Shown here: positions 43,255 through 51,638 of the stretch, piece by piece
Layout: every line of letters begins with the position of its first letter
Numbering within the stretch: position 1 is the stretch's first letter
IMG/VR virus record: IMGVR_UViG_3300027782_000066
Coordinates: 15,303 to 79,302 of that record
From: a virus
Length of the DNA: 64,000 bases
Strand: one strand, 5' to 3'
Made by a program: the position numbers and the translations under genes
The notes under the pieces: generated by a model
The model's database searches: none
Told to the model about the DNA's origin: nothing
Seen by the model: only the letters and a program-made list of their open reading frames with translations

Positions 43255-44601
43255 ATGGCTAGATCTGGAAAGGAGGCGTGGGAAAAATATTTTAAAGGAC
43301 AAGAAGTACAAACTACTGTTAAGGCAAATAGCAAATCCAGTGCTAGTACTAATAACCTTAATGTAGGTAGTTCTAAAACTAAATTAGAACATGGAACACC
43401 GATCACTGTTTTTGGTGGAGATGAATATAAAGCACAATTAGGTGTGCGATTAAAGGATGGTACATATGGTTTCTTACCTCTTACCAGTATTCAGAAACCT
43501 ACAGAGCAAAAAGTAAGATATAATATTGAGGCATATAAGTTAATTCAACTTGGTAAAAAAGAAAAACGAATGTACAATGGAGTTGAGTATGACTTCAGAG
43601 TATTTAAAACTTCGGAAGAATTAGCAAAATCAATTCTTCACGGACTAGAAAATGAACCATCGGTTCCTGAATATCTTGTTGAGCAAATGTTTGAATTTTT
43701 TTATGAGAACGTTGAAGGTGATGTCTCTAAGATAAATTGGAATGCTAATGTTTTAGGTGGTGATAAAACTGAAATTGGAAAATATATTGGTGAGTTACTT
43801 CCTGGATTTTTAATTTTATCTAAGAAATTTTCTGCCTTTAGTCAGCAAGATTTTATTTACACTGGTTCTCTTCCAGAATATATTGTACCAGAAGATCCAT
43901 CATTCTCTGGTGTTGATAGTATGTTTGATTATAGAGAAGTTCAAAAAGATGGAGGTATTTCTGCCATCTCAAGTAAGTATGGTGTTGGTGCTAAAGCATC
44001 ATTCTGGTCTAATATTATGCCAGAAGTACTTAAGTATCCAGATAAATTTTCTAAAATGTCTAGAGATTCTACAATAAAAAGATTAATTTCTATTGCTAGT
44101 AACTATAATAATGTAGAAAGATCTGGTAGAAGTATTGTATTTCAATATGGAATGGAATATTTTCTGGGAGATTTAGTTCACAATCCAGAAGATATTTACA
44201 AAAAGATAGCAGCAAATACTACAAAGGTAGATCCTGATGTTGCATCAGTTTCTCGTACAGCAAAAAATAAATTAAGTGTATTAAATAGTAGTGTATATAA
44301 AGAAACTTCTGCACCAGTTTTACTTCGTAATTTAAAAGGTGGTAAGTCACTGACATCTATATTTTCTCGTGCAATTGCTGATGAATTGAATGCTGATAAT
44401 AAAACTATTGCAGCAATTAAAGAACTGGTATCTGGTAAAAATTTCTTTCAACTCAATTTAGATGAAAGTAAATTTAAGAGAGGACAAATTTATTTTAATG
44501 TTAAAAAATCATCTGCTGTACAAATTACATTCACTGGAACAAAAGCAGCGACTAATGATATTGCAGCAAAACAAGGAACAGTAAATTACTTATTAAATTA
44601 A
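43255..44601 (+). CDS. Hypothetical protein, putative PD-(D/E)xK-type nuclease with N-terminal SH3-like domain
   Basis: KYIGE helix ... GVDS ... AISSK arrangement; weak motif-level evidence. Confidence 0.45.
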   Translation: MARSGKEAWEKYFKGQEVQTTVKANSKSSASTNNLNVGSSKTKLEHGTPITVFGGDEYKAQLGVRLKDGTYGFLPLTSIQKPTEQKVRYNIEAYKLIQLGKKEKRMYNGVEYDFRVFKTSEELAKSILHGLENEPSVPEYLVEQMFEFFYENVEGDVSKINWNANVLGGDKTEIGKYIGELLPGFLILSKKFSAFSQQDFIYTGSLPEYIVPEDPSFSGVDSMFDYREVQKDGGISAISSKYGVGAKASFWSNIMPEVLKYPDKFSKMSRDSTIKRLISIASNYNNVERSGRSIVFQYGMEYFLGDLVHNPEDIYKKIAANTTKVDPDVASVSRTAKNKLSVLNSSVYKETSAPVLLRNLKGGKSLTSIFSRAIADELNADNKTIAAIKELVSGKNFFQLNLDESKFKRGQIYFNVKKSSAVQITFTGTKAATNDIAAKQGTVNYLLN

Positions 44602-45809
44602 TGGCAAACATAGTAAAACTAAAACATCTTGAACATTTAGAAGATGAAGTTCTGAATTATGGTTCGGAAGGATGTTTTGCTATTGTTAGATTTCTTACCG
44701 AACTCAAAGATATGATTGGTAAGAAATCAACAGGAGGATTTCTACAGACAAAATGGGATGGAGCACCTTCAGTAGTTTGTGGTATGGACCCAATGACTGG
44801 TGGATTTTTTGTAGGAACTAAATCAGTATTCAATAAGAAAGATCCAAAGATTTGCTACACAGAGGGTGACATTGACGGTATGTATGAGGGTGAGTTAAAT
44901 AAAAAACTTAAAGATTGTTTAAACTATTTCTCTCAACTTGGTATCAGTGGTGTCATTCAAGGGGACCTTCTATACACTAGTGATAAAAAAACCCAAAGAA
45001 TAAATGGTGAAGAACTAATTATATTCAGACCTAATACAATTACTTATGCTATCCCAACTGATCATCCGATTGGTCAAAAAGTCAATAGATCTAAAATTGG
45101 AGTGGTTTTTCATACTCATTATGCTGGCGGCCCTGATCTTGCAGATATGTCTGCAAGACCTCGCGTGGATATTTCAAAGTTTAGTTCTGTTGATGATGTT
45201 GCCGTTATCTCTAATGATACGCAGGTACAGAAAGTATCGTTTACGCAATCAGAAGAACAAACATTCGACAGATACATTCAACGAATAAACAGAATGTGTG
45301 AGATTTCTGCATCATTCCACGACTATATTGTAGAAAATTCTGGTACTACTGGTGATGCAAAATTTTTTGTTGGGTCTTATATCAAACCATTTTTCAATAA
45401 TGAAATTAAGGAAGCAAGAACTATTACTAATGTTGATGCTACTCTAAAATCGTTTGCTGAATTTTATAAAGCAAAGATGGATAAAGAAATCTCCTCAGTT
45501 AAAACTGCAGCAGCACAGACAAAGAAGCGTGAATTTTTCTACACTGGTGTTAAATACTTGGAAGATAATGTAAAAGAATTCAAAGCATTTGTGGCACTTT
45601 ATAAAACTATTCAGGAAGCAAAGTTATTCATCATCTCAAAATTGGACTCACTTGAACAGTTCAGAACTTTTGTTGAGATTGACGGTGGGTATAAAGTTAC
45701 TACTCCCGAAGGTTATGTTCTCCACCAAGATGGAGATATGGTGAAATTAGTTAATCGTATTGAGTTCAGTAAAAACAATTTCACTATAGAAAAAAACTGG
45801 AAAAAATGA
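44601..45809 (+). CDS. Conserved phage protein (DUF6267-like) with ligase-type covalent nucleotidyltransferase motifs
   Basis: KWDG (K51), IQGDLL, EGYV (E370), VKLV: the order of ligase motifs I, III, IV and V. Confidence 0.6.
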   Translation: MANIVKLKHLEHLEDEVLNYGSEGCFAIVRFLTELKDMIGKKSTGGFLQTKWDGAPSVVCGMDPMTGGFFVGTKSVFNKKDPKICYTEGDIDGMYEGELNKKLKDCLNYFSQLGISGVIQGDLLYTSDKKTQRINGEELIIFRPNTITYAIPTDHPIGQKVNRSKIGVVFHTHYAGGPDLADMSARPRVDISKFSSVDDVAVISNDTQVQKVSFTQSEEQTFDRYIQRINRMCEISASFHDYIVENSGTTGDAKFFVGSYIKPFFNNEIKEARTITNVDATLKSFAEFYKAKMDKEISSVKTAAAQTKKREFFYTGVKYLEDNVKEFKAFVALYKTIQEAKLFIISKLDSLEQFRTFVEIDGGYKVTTPEGYVLHQDGDMVKLVNRIEFSKNNFTIEKNWKK

Positions 45810-46378
45810 GCCTCATAGAATATAAAAGTTGTTACTTCACATTCGGTAGATTTCAACCCTGCACCACAGGTCATGCAGATAACTTTGCGAACCTGAAAAA
45901 GATTGCTGGTAGTAATGATTATCGTATTTACATCAGTCAGTCAGTAGATGCTAAAGGTAATAATCCTTTACCTCCCGATGTTAAACTTAGCTATATGAAT
46001 AAGTCATTACCAGAACATCGTGGTAAAATATTCAGTAGTGCTAGTACCAATTCTCATGTGAGTATCCTACAGGAACTACAATCTCTTGGGTATGATAATG
46101 CATATTTTGTAGTTGGATCTGATAGAGTTGCAAAATTTCAATATATAAAACAATATAATGGTAAGGACTTTGTATTCAATGAACTTGATATAATTTCCTC
46201 TGGTGATCGTGATGCTGATGGTGATGGTTTTGCTATATCTGGAACTAAAATGAGAAGAGCAGCATTTGCTGGTGACTTCAAAACCTTCAGAACTGGTATT
46301 CCTACAGCACTAACTGATCCTGACTGCAAGAAACTTATGAAAGAAATTGCATCTAAATTGCCCACAAACTTTAAATAA
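45806..46378 (+). CDS. Cytidyltransferase-like (HxGH-class) nucleotidyltransferase
   Basis: FTFGRFQPCTTGH; NPL; VVGSDRV; ISGTKMR. Confidence 0.85.
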   Translation: MSLIEYKSCYFTFGRFQPCTTGHADNFANLKKIAGSNDYRIYISQSVDAKGNNPLPPDVKLSYMNKSLPEHRGKIFSSASTNSHVSILQELQSLGYDNAYFVVGSDRVAKFQYIKQYNGKDFVFNELDIISSGDRDADGDGFAISGTKMRRAAFAGDFKTFRTGIPTALTDPDCKKLMKEIASKLPTNFK

Positions 46379-46386
46379 AATTCCCA

Positions 46387-47118
46387 ATGAAAAAATTAAC
46401 ATTTGACGACGCTAAAAATAATAAAATATTTACTATCATTGAAAAGAATGGTGATAGTAAATATATTAATTTGATTGAAGATGCATATGAGAAAGCAAAA
46501 AAATATGAAAGTAAACTTCCAGAATGGGTTATTACTATGGAAGGAATGTCTGGCGTTCAGTACAGACACTTCATCAATAACTTATTTGAGAACATTGAAA
46601 CCTCTGACTACCTTGAAATAGGATGCTGGAAGGGGTCTACAACCTGCTCTGCCACTTATAAAAATTCAGTTAAGGCATATTGTATTGATAACTGGAGAGA
46701 GTTTGGTGGACCCAAAAATGAATTCTTAAGTAACATTCAGAGATGTATGAATGAAAGTGACGGTAAATGTGATATTCAATTGGTTGAAAATGATTTCAGA
46801 AGATTGGAATATAATAACATCGGTAAGTATAATGTGTATATGTTTGATGGTCCACATTCATTAGATGATCAGAGAGATGCATTAATATTTGCTAAGGATG
46901 CACTTGAGGATGAATTTATTTTTATTTGTGATGACTGGAATTGGGGTCATGTAAGAGAAGGTACTATACAAGGATTAGAACAATCTAATATGGAAGTAAT
47001 TTATTCAATTGATCTTAGAACTACTCCTGACAATACTACTTGCACTCACGAGAATGGATATGAAAGAAGTGACTGGCACAACGGCTATTATATTTCAGTA
47101 GTTAAAAAAATTAAATAA
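46387..47118 (+). CDS. Class I SAM-dependent methyltransferase (Methyltransf_24-like)
   Basis: YLEIGCWKGST; CIDNW; FDGPH; ICDDWNW. Confidence 0.85.
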   Translation: MKKLTFDDAKNNKIFTIIEKNGDSKYINLIEDAYEKAKKYESKLPEWVITMEGMSGVQYRHFINNLFENIETSDYLEIGCWKGSTTCSATYKNSVKAYCIDNWREFGGPKNEFLSNIQRCMNESDGKCDIQLVENDFRRLEYNNIGKYNVYMFDGPHSLDDQRDALIFAKDALEDEFIFICDDWNWGHVREGTIQGLEQSNMEVIYSIDLRTTPDNTTCTHENGYERSDWHNGYYISVVKKIK

Positions 47119-47144
47119 ATATAATATCTCTTAATTCAGTATTA

Positions 47145-48197
47145 ATGTATAATTTTTCTGAATACTCCACAAAAATTTATATGCGTGAGAAGTATTACAA
47201 CGGTGAAGTGTTCCCAGAAGGAATGAAAGTAAGAAATAATAGCGATAGAGTAGGTGTTATAATTCGTCGTGGACCTAATTATGTTATCTGCTTGGGAGAA
47301 GATCAGAAAACTTTTAGGAGTTGGATTTCTGATATTAGTGAGGTCCACGAACTAGGTACTGATGAAACGAGAGAATATCTACAATCAATAACTCCCAATC
47401 AAAAAGTTGAGAGGTATGGCAAAACCAAGACCCCTAAGCATACTACTATGATAAATAATAAAAAAGGTACTTACAAGGAAATGTTTAACGATAGTTTTTC
47501 TAAATCTTTGATTGAAAGATCTGCCAATGGAATTGGCGGCACAGATTGTTTTGGGGAGGTTGAGAATAAGCAGGAAGTTACAACCGAGTATAATAATTCC
47601 TTGATGCAAAGTGCAGTAGAGCATATTACGTCAGGTAAATTGTTTGAGGCTAAGAATAAAAAAGGTAAAGAGCAAGGTGCTGATGGCAAAGCTTGCTGGG
47701 ATGGTTATAAGTATGCTGGTACTGAGAACGGTAAAGATAAGTGTGTCAAGGTAGAAGGGTATGGTACTAAGAAAAAAACTGAAGCATTAGATCCTGTCGG
47801 CAAAGAAGATGGTGATGTTGATAATGACGGTGATACTGATAACTCTGATAAGTATCTGAAGAAGCGTAGGGCAGCAATCTCTAAATCAGTTAAGAAAGAA
47901 AATTTTTCTGATTGGAGATCTGAACTTAATGAAAAATGTAATTATACTGAAGAAGGTGTGGAATGCCCTGAGCACGGCAAGGATGCCTGCTCAACAGTTA
48001 AGGAAGCAGATTGTGGTTGTGGCACTCCTTCAAAGATGAAGAAGGAAGAAGCTTTAACTAAAGGTGAAACTGACAAGAAAGAAAAAATTGTTCGTTCAAT
48101 GAAAAAAAATCTTAAGGATTTTAAATCACGCTATGGAGAGCGTGGTAAATCAGTTATGTACGCTACTGCCACGAAAATGGCAAAGAATGATAAATAA
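47145..48197 (+). CDS. Modular hypothetical protein/putative polyprotein
   Basis: N-terminal REKYYNGEVF...GVIIRRGPNYVI...FRSWISD module, then short Cys-rich, acidic and basic modules. Confidence 0.75.
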   Translation: MYNFSEYSTKIYMREKYYNGEVFPEGMKVRNNSDRVGVIIRRGPNYVICLGEDQKTFRSWISDISEVHELGTDETREYLQSITPNQKVERYGKTKTPKHTTMINNKKGTYKEMFNDSFSKSLIERSANGIGGTDCFGEVENKQEVTTEYNNSLMQSAVEHITSGKLFEAKNKKGKEQGADGKACWDGYKYAGTENGKDKCVKVEGYGTKKKTEALDPVGKEDGDVDNDGDTDNSDKYLKKRRAAISKSVKKENFSDWRSELNEKCNYTEEGVECPEHGKDACSTVKEADCGCGTPSKMKKEEALTKGETDKKEKIVRSMKKNLKDFKSRYGERGKSVMYATATKMAKNDK

Positions 48198-48223
48198 AAG
48201 CAAACCACATTAACGAGGTCACT

Positions 48224-48409
48224 ATGTCAATCGCAGCAATTTTCGCTTGGGCGACTGCCAACCAAGCACTTATCGCAACTGTTCTTTTCGCAGTTTCTGA
48301 AGCACTTGGAGCAAATCCAAAGATCAAGGCAAACGGTATTCTTTCGCTCATTCTTTTACAAGTCCAAGGACAACTAAAAGCAAAGGGTGCTAAAGACGTT
48401 ACGCCCTGA
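48224..48409 (+). CDS. Small membrane protein (holin-like?)
   Basis: 61 aa, two hydrophobic stretches, basic tail; GAGG RBS; GATAAATA upstream. Confidence 0.6.
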   Translation: MSIAAIFAWATANQALIATVLFAVSEALGANPKIKANGILSLILLQVQGQLKAKGAKDVTP

Positions 48410-48437
48410 TATAGTATAGTATAATATAATAATACTG

Positions 48438-48465
48438 ATGGGGGATTGCTATGTCCCCATTTTTT
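48438..48465 (+). terminator. Rho-independent terminator
   Basis: ATGGGG(G)A...TCCCCAT followed by a T-run. Confidence 0.7.
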
Positions 48466-48472
48466 ATAAATA
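48465..48472 (+). promoter_or_regulatory. T4-type late promoter
   Basis: TATAAATA. Confidence 0.85.
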
Positions 48473-48502
48473 TAAAAAGAACGACTAAATTGGAGAACTA
48501 AA

Positions 48503-49057
48503 ATGCCTCTCTGGGGAAAAAGTACAGGCGACGAGTCAAGACCTAAGTGGTTGAGACCAGAAGATCAACCAGCAAATAATCTTAACACCTGTTTTGCAGA
48601 TGCTCGTGGTTGGGTTATTAAACACGCCAATGGGTTTGAAGAAGTTATTGCTACTATTGGTGGTCTTGGTGGCGCTGGTTCTACTGACCTTTTAGGCAAT
48701 GCCACGATTGTTGGTGTTTACTTTGCTGCAAAAACTTATGCAAGGAATGCTACTGGCACAGTAACTGTTAATTATAATGAACTTGTTACCGCAACTTCGG
48801 GAGCAACTCTTGTTGTTACTGGATCTGTATCTGGCGCTATTACAGCAACTGCTGCTACACAAACAGGTGTTCAGCAAGTAGCATTTACATTCACAGTACC
48901 AAACACAGCACAAACACTTTCAATTGCTGCTCAGACAATCTCTGGCACTGTTGTTGATAAGGGCACAGCAACTGCTTCTGACAAGGTATTTGTTGCTGGT
49001 GATGTTATCAACACTGCTGCTGGTACAGGAACCGTAAAAACAATCGCTGTTGCATAA
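48503..49057 (+). CDS. Putative virion protein (Ig-like, A/T/G-rich C-terminus)
   Basis: MPLWG N-terminus, late promoter, beta-rich composition. Confidence 0.65.
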   Translation: MPLWGKSTGDESRPKWLRPEDQPANNLNTCFADARGWVIKHANGFEEVIATIGGLGGAGSTDLLGNATIVGVYFAAKTYARNATGTVTVNYNELVTATSGATLVVTGSVSGAITATAATQTGVQQVAFTFTVPNTAQTLSIAAQTISGTVVDKGTATASDKVFVAGDVINTAAGTGTVKTIAVA

Positions 49058-49060
49058 TAA

Positions 49061-49423
49061 ATGAGATTTGATGAACTGAATGAAGACAACTATATTTTCT
49101 TCGCTATTAAACATTATAACAATCCTCAATGTACAACCAGAGAGGAATTTGAAGAGGATCTCAAACGATTTAAGTATGTTAAAAAATTGATTAGGAAATA
49201 TCTAAAAGATGATATTCTTAAAGATCATTTAATTTTAAATCATATGATCATCCTCTTCAATGTTTTTAATGATGCTACTGTGCCATTGTTGTTTTATAAA
49301 ATTGAAAGTAATTGTTGGCCAGTTCTAAAATCTTTTTTACTTTATCTTGATAGATTTCCCGAAGGATATTTAAACTATCTTGATCCAGATCTTAAATGTT
49401 TAGAAGAACTAAATAAGATATGA
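49061..49423 (+). CDS. Conserved T4-like hypothetical protein
   Basis: FAIKHYNNPQC...EFEEDLKRFKY...LILNH..ILFNVF. Confidence 0.8.
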   Translation: MRFDELNEDNYIFFAIKHYNNPQCTTREEFEEDLKRFKYVKKLIRKYLKDDILKDHLILNHMIILFNVFNDATVPLLFYKIESNCWPVLKSFLLYLDRFPEGYLNYLDPDLKCLEELNKI

Positions 49424-50190
49424 AAACCTTAAGAGAACTTTTACAAAAGGCACGACAAAAAGTATGGGAAGATGCCCCTGTTAATTCAGTCGGCACTGGT
49501 GCCAATCTTTCAATGCCGCCTGCTGTAGAACCATTTGTTTCTTCTAAAAAGAAAAAATCTTATGACGGAAGAACAAAGGCTGGACGAAAGTTCGTCAATA
49601 CTATTCTATTAAATAGAGATAAAAGAACGAGAAAAAAAATGACCAACGAAGAATTAAACATTTTTGAAGCTGATGATAATGTAAAGCAAGGTCCTTCAGA
49701 AACTGAAAGGGCACAGAAGCAAATTGCTCAGTCGAAAAAATTAAATAGGCAGAAAGAGATTCAGCAAAAATCTCAAGAAGCTAAAACAAAAATGCAGAAT
49801 AAAACTAAAGAGATGGACACCTTAATGAAGGCTCGTCTGTCAGACTTTAGAAAGAAAGCTAGTGAAAAAACTACTCAACTTCAAAAACAAAATAATAGTT
49901 TTGAAGTTGAAGGTTCAGATCTTCAAGAAACTATTGGTACTATTCAAGCAGGTCGTGAAGTTCTTTCTACTTTGATGCGTCTCGCTGGTGATGCTACCTT
50001 TGAATATAAAGAAGGATTTGTTCAATTCCCTGATGGTAGAAGTATGAAGGTTAACTCAGATATTGCTAAGAGAGTTGTATCAACCTTTGAAGCACTGGAT
50101 CACGACCGTCAACAACAGTATCGTTTCTTGATGAACAGGGACGTAGAATCATTCCTTAAAATTATGCAGTTCAGTACAACTTCTATTTAA
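49420..50190 (+). CDS. Hypothetical protein (modular, coiled coil; candidate internal head protein)
   Basis: MKTLRELL N-terminus; EDAPVNSVG and YDGRTK modules. Confidence 0.7.
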   Translation: MKTLRELLQKARQKVWEDAPVNSVGTGANLSMPPAVEPFVSSKKKKSYDGRTKAGRKFVNTILLNRDKRTRKKMTNEELNIFEADDNVKQGPSETERAQKQIAQSKKLNRQKEIQQKSQEAKTKMQNKTKEMDTLMKARLSDFRKKASEKTTQLQKQNNSFEVEGSDLQETIGTIQAGREVLSTLMRLAGDATFEYKEGFVQFPDGRSMKVNSDIAKRVVSTFEALDHDRQQQYRFLMNRDVESFLKIMQFSTTSI

Positions 50191-50200
50191 GGAACTAAAA

Positions 50201-50650
50201 ATGTTTTCTAGAGACTCTTCAGTATCCCAAAAACTAGCAAAATTAGATGTTCTTGAATCTAAATTTGGAATGTATGAAACGTTCTCTAAAGAAATGTTTG
50301 ACAAATTAGAAAATGCTGTAAATAAAATTTCAGAATCCAATCAAAGAATTGCGACAATATTAGTTAAACACGATGAAAGAATTGATCAGGCAACTAGATC
50401 TGATGAATTAATTATTAAAATGATAGATGAAGTTAAAGGCTCAAATACTAAGGAACATATGTCTGTCATTAATAGGATAGATAAAATGGAAAAAGCTATT
50501 GATGACCTATCAAAATTTCGTTGGCAGGTAGGTGCTGTAGCGGGTCTTGCCGTTCTCCTCATTGGACTTCTCGTTCCCCTTATTGACAATATGCTCTCAC
50601 CACAGTACAATGACAGGAGTAAGACCTCTCTTGTTAATGAGTTACATTGA
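50201..50650 (+). CDS. Hypothetical coiled-coil protein with C-terminal transmembrane helix
   Basis: LVKHDERI; FRWQVGAVAGLAVLLIGLLV. Confidence 0.7.
   Translation: MFSRDSSVSQKLAKLDVLESKFGMYETFSKEMFDKLENAVNKISESNQRIATILVKHDERIDQATRSDELIIKMIDEVKGSNTKEHMSVINRIDKMEKAIDDLSKFRWQVGAVAGLAVLLIGLLVPLIDNMLSPQYNDRSKTSLVNELH
50583..50611 (+). promoter_or_regulatory. Sigma70-type promoter for primase-nrdA-nrdB, embedded in the upstream ORF
   Basis: TTGACA-N17-TACAAT. Confidence 0.75.
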
Positions 50651-51638
50651 TACGAAGTACATCAATCTCATTTCTCCACAACTCGTAAAGTTTGCAAAGA
50701 AAAAAGAAGATTTATATACTTTCAGATGCCCCTATTGCGGCGATTCTTCAAAGAATCGTAACAAAACTAGGGGTTATTTTTATCGGAAACGTTCGGATTA
50801 TTTTTTCAAGTGTCACAACTGTGGGCAGGGCAGGACGCTTACAAATTTCCTGAAGGATAATTCCCCCCTACTCCACGATGAATACGTTATGGAGCGGTAT
50901 ATGGAGGGTCTGACGGGCAAAGCAACGAACACTCCCGACCCCAAATTTAATATCAAACCTCCAGTATTCAAAAAAAATGAACAGTCAGAAGATGAAAATA
51001 TTTTTTCAAATCTTAAGAAAATATCAGATCTAAATAATACACATCCCGCCAAAGAGTATCTCATAAATCGTAGAATTCCAGAGAAATATTTCTCAAATTT
51101 CTATTACATAGAGGACTTTAATGCTTGGGCTTGTTTGGAAAATACTCAACAAGAGTCAAGAATTGTCATCCCATTATTTACGACAGAAGGAAAAGTATTT
51201 GGATATCAAGGTAGATCCTTGAATAAAAATACAAAGTTACGTTATATCACTACCATACTAGATAAAGGATATCCTAAAGTATTCGGCCTCAATAATGTAA
51301 ACCCTTTAGAGAAAATATATGTCACAGAAGGACCATTTGATTCATTATTCCTACAAAATGCCATCGCAATGTGTGGATCTGATGTTACCCTTGATCAGTT
51401 TAAATTCACTGATGTTGTTTATGTTTTGGACAATGAACCCAGAAATAAACAGATCGTTGATAGATATGAAAAACTCATTGATCAAGGTAGATGTATAGTT
51501 ATCTGGGATTCTGAAATTAAAGAAAAAGATATTAATGATATGGCGCTGGCTGGACGAGACGTTCGAAGTGTGGTAGAATGTAGTGCCTATCAAGGACTAG
51601 AAGCAAAAATCAAATTAACCTCCTGGAAAAAAGTATGA
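50637..51638 (+). CDS. gp61: DNA primase gp61
   Basis: Start at MSYIDTKY (50637); CPYCGDS...CHNC zinc finger; TOPRIM EGPFDS and DNEPRN. Confidence 0.96.
   Translation: MSYIDTKYINLISPQLVKFAKKKEDLYTFRCPYCGDSSKNRNKTRGYFYRKRSDYFFKCHNCGQGRTLTNFLKDNSPLLHDEYVMERYMEGLTGKATNTPDPKFNIKPPVFKKNEQSEDENIFSNLKKISDLNNTHPAKEYLINRRIPEKYFSNFYYIEDFNAWACLENTQQESRIVIPLFTTEGKVFGYQGRSLNKNTKLRYITTILDKGYPKVFGLNNVNPLEKIYVTEGPFDSLFLQNAIAMCGSDVTLDQFKFTDVVYVLDNEPRNKQIVDRYEKLIDQGRCIVIWDSEIKEKDINDMALAGRDVRSVVECSAYQGLEAKIKLTSWKKV

Noticed and set aside
50547-50636. 30-aa N-terminal extension of primase in the track
   Set aside because: Overlaps the upstream gene and the sigma70 promoter; the typical primase start is MSYID at 50637
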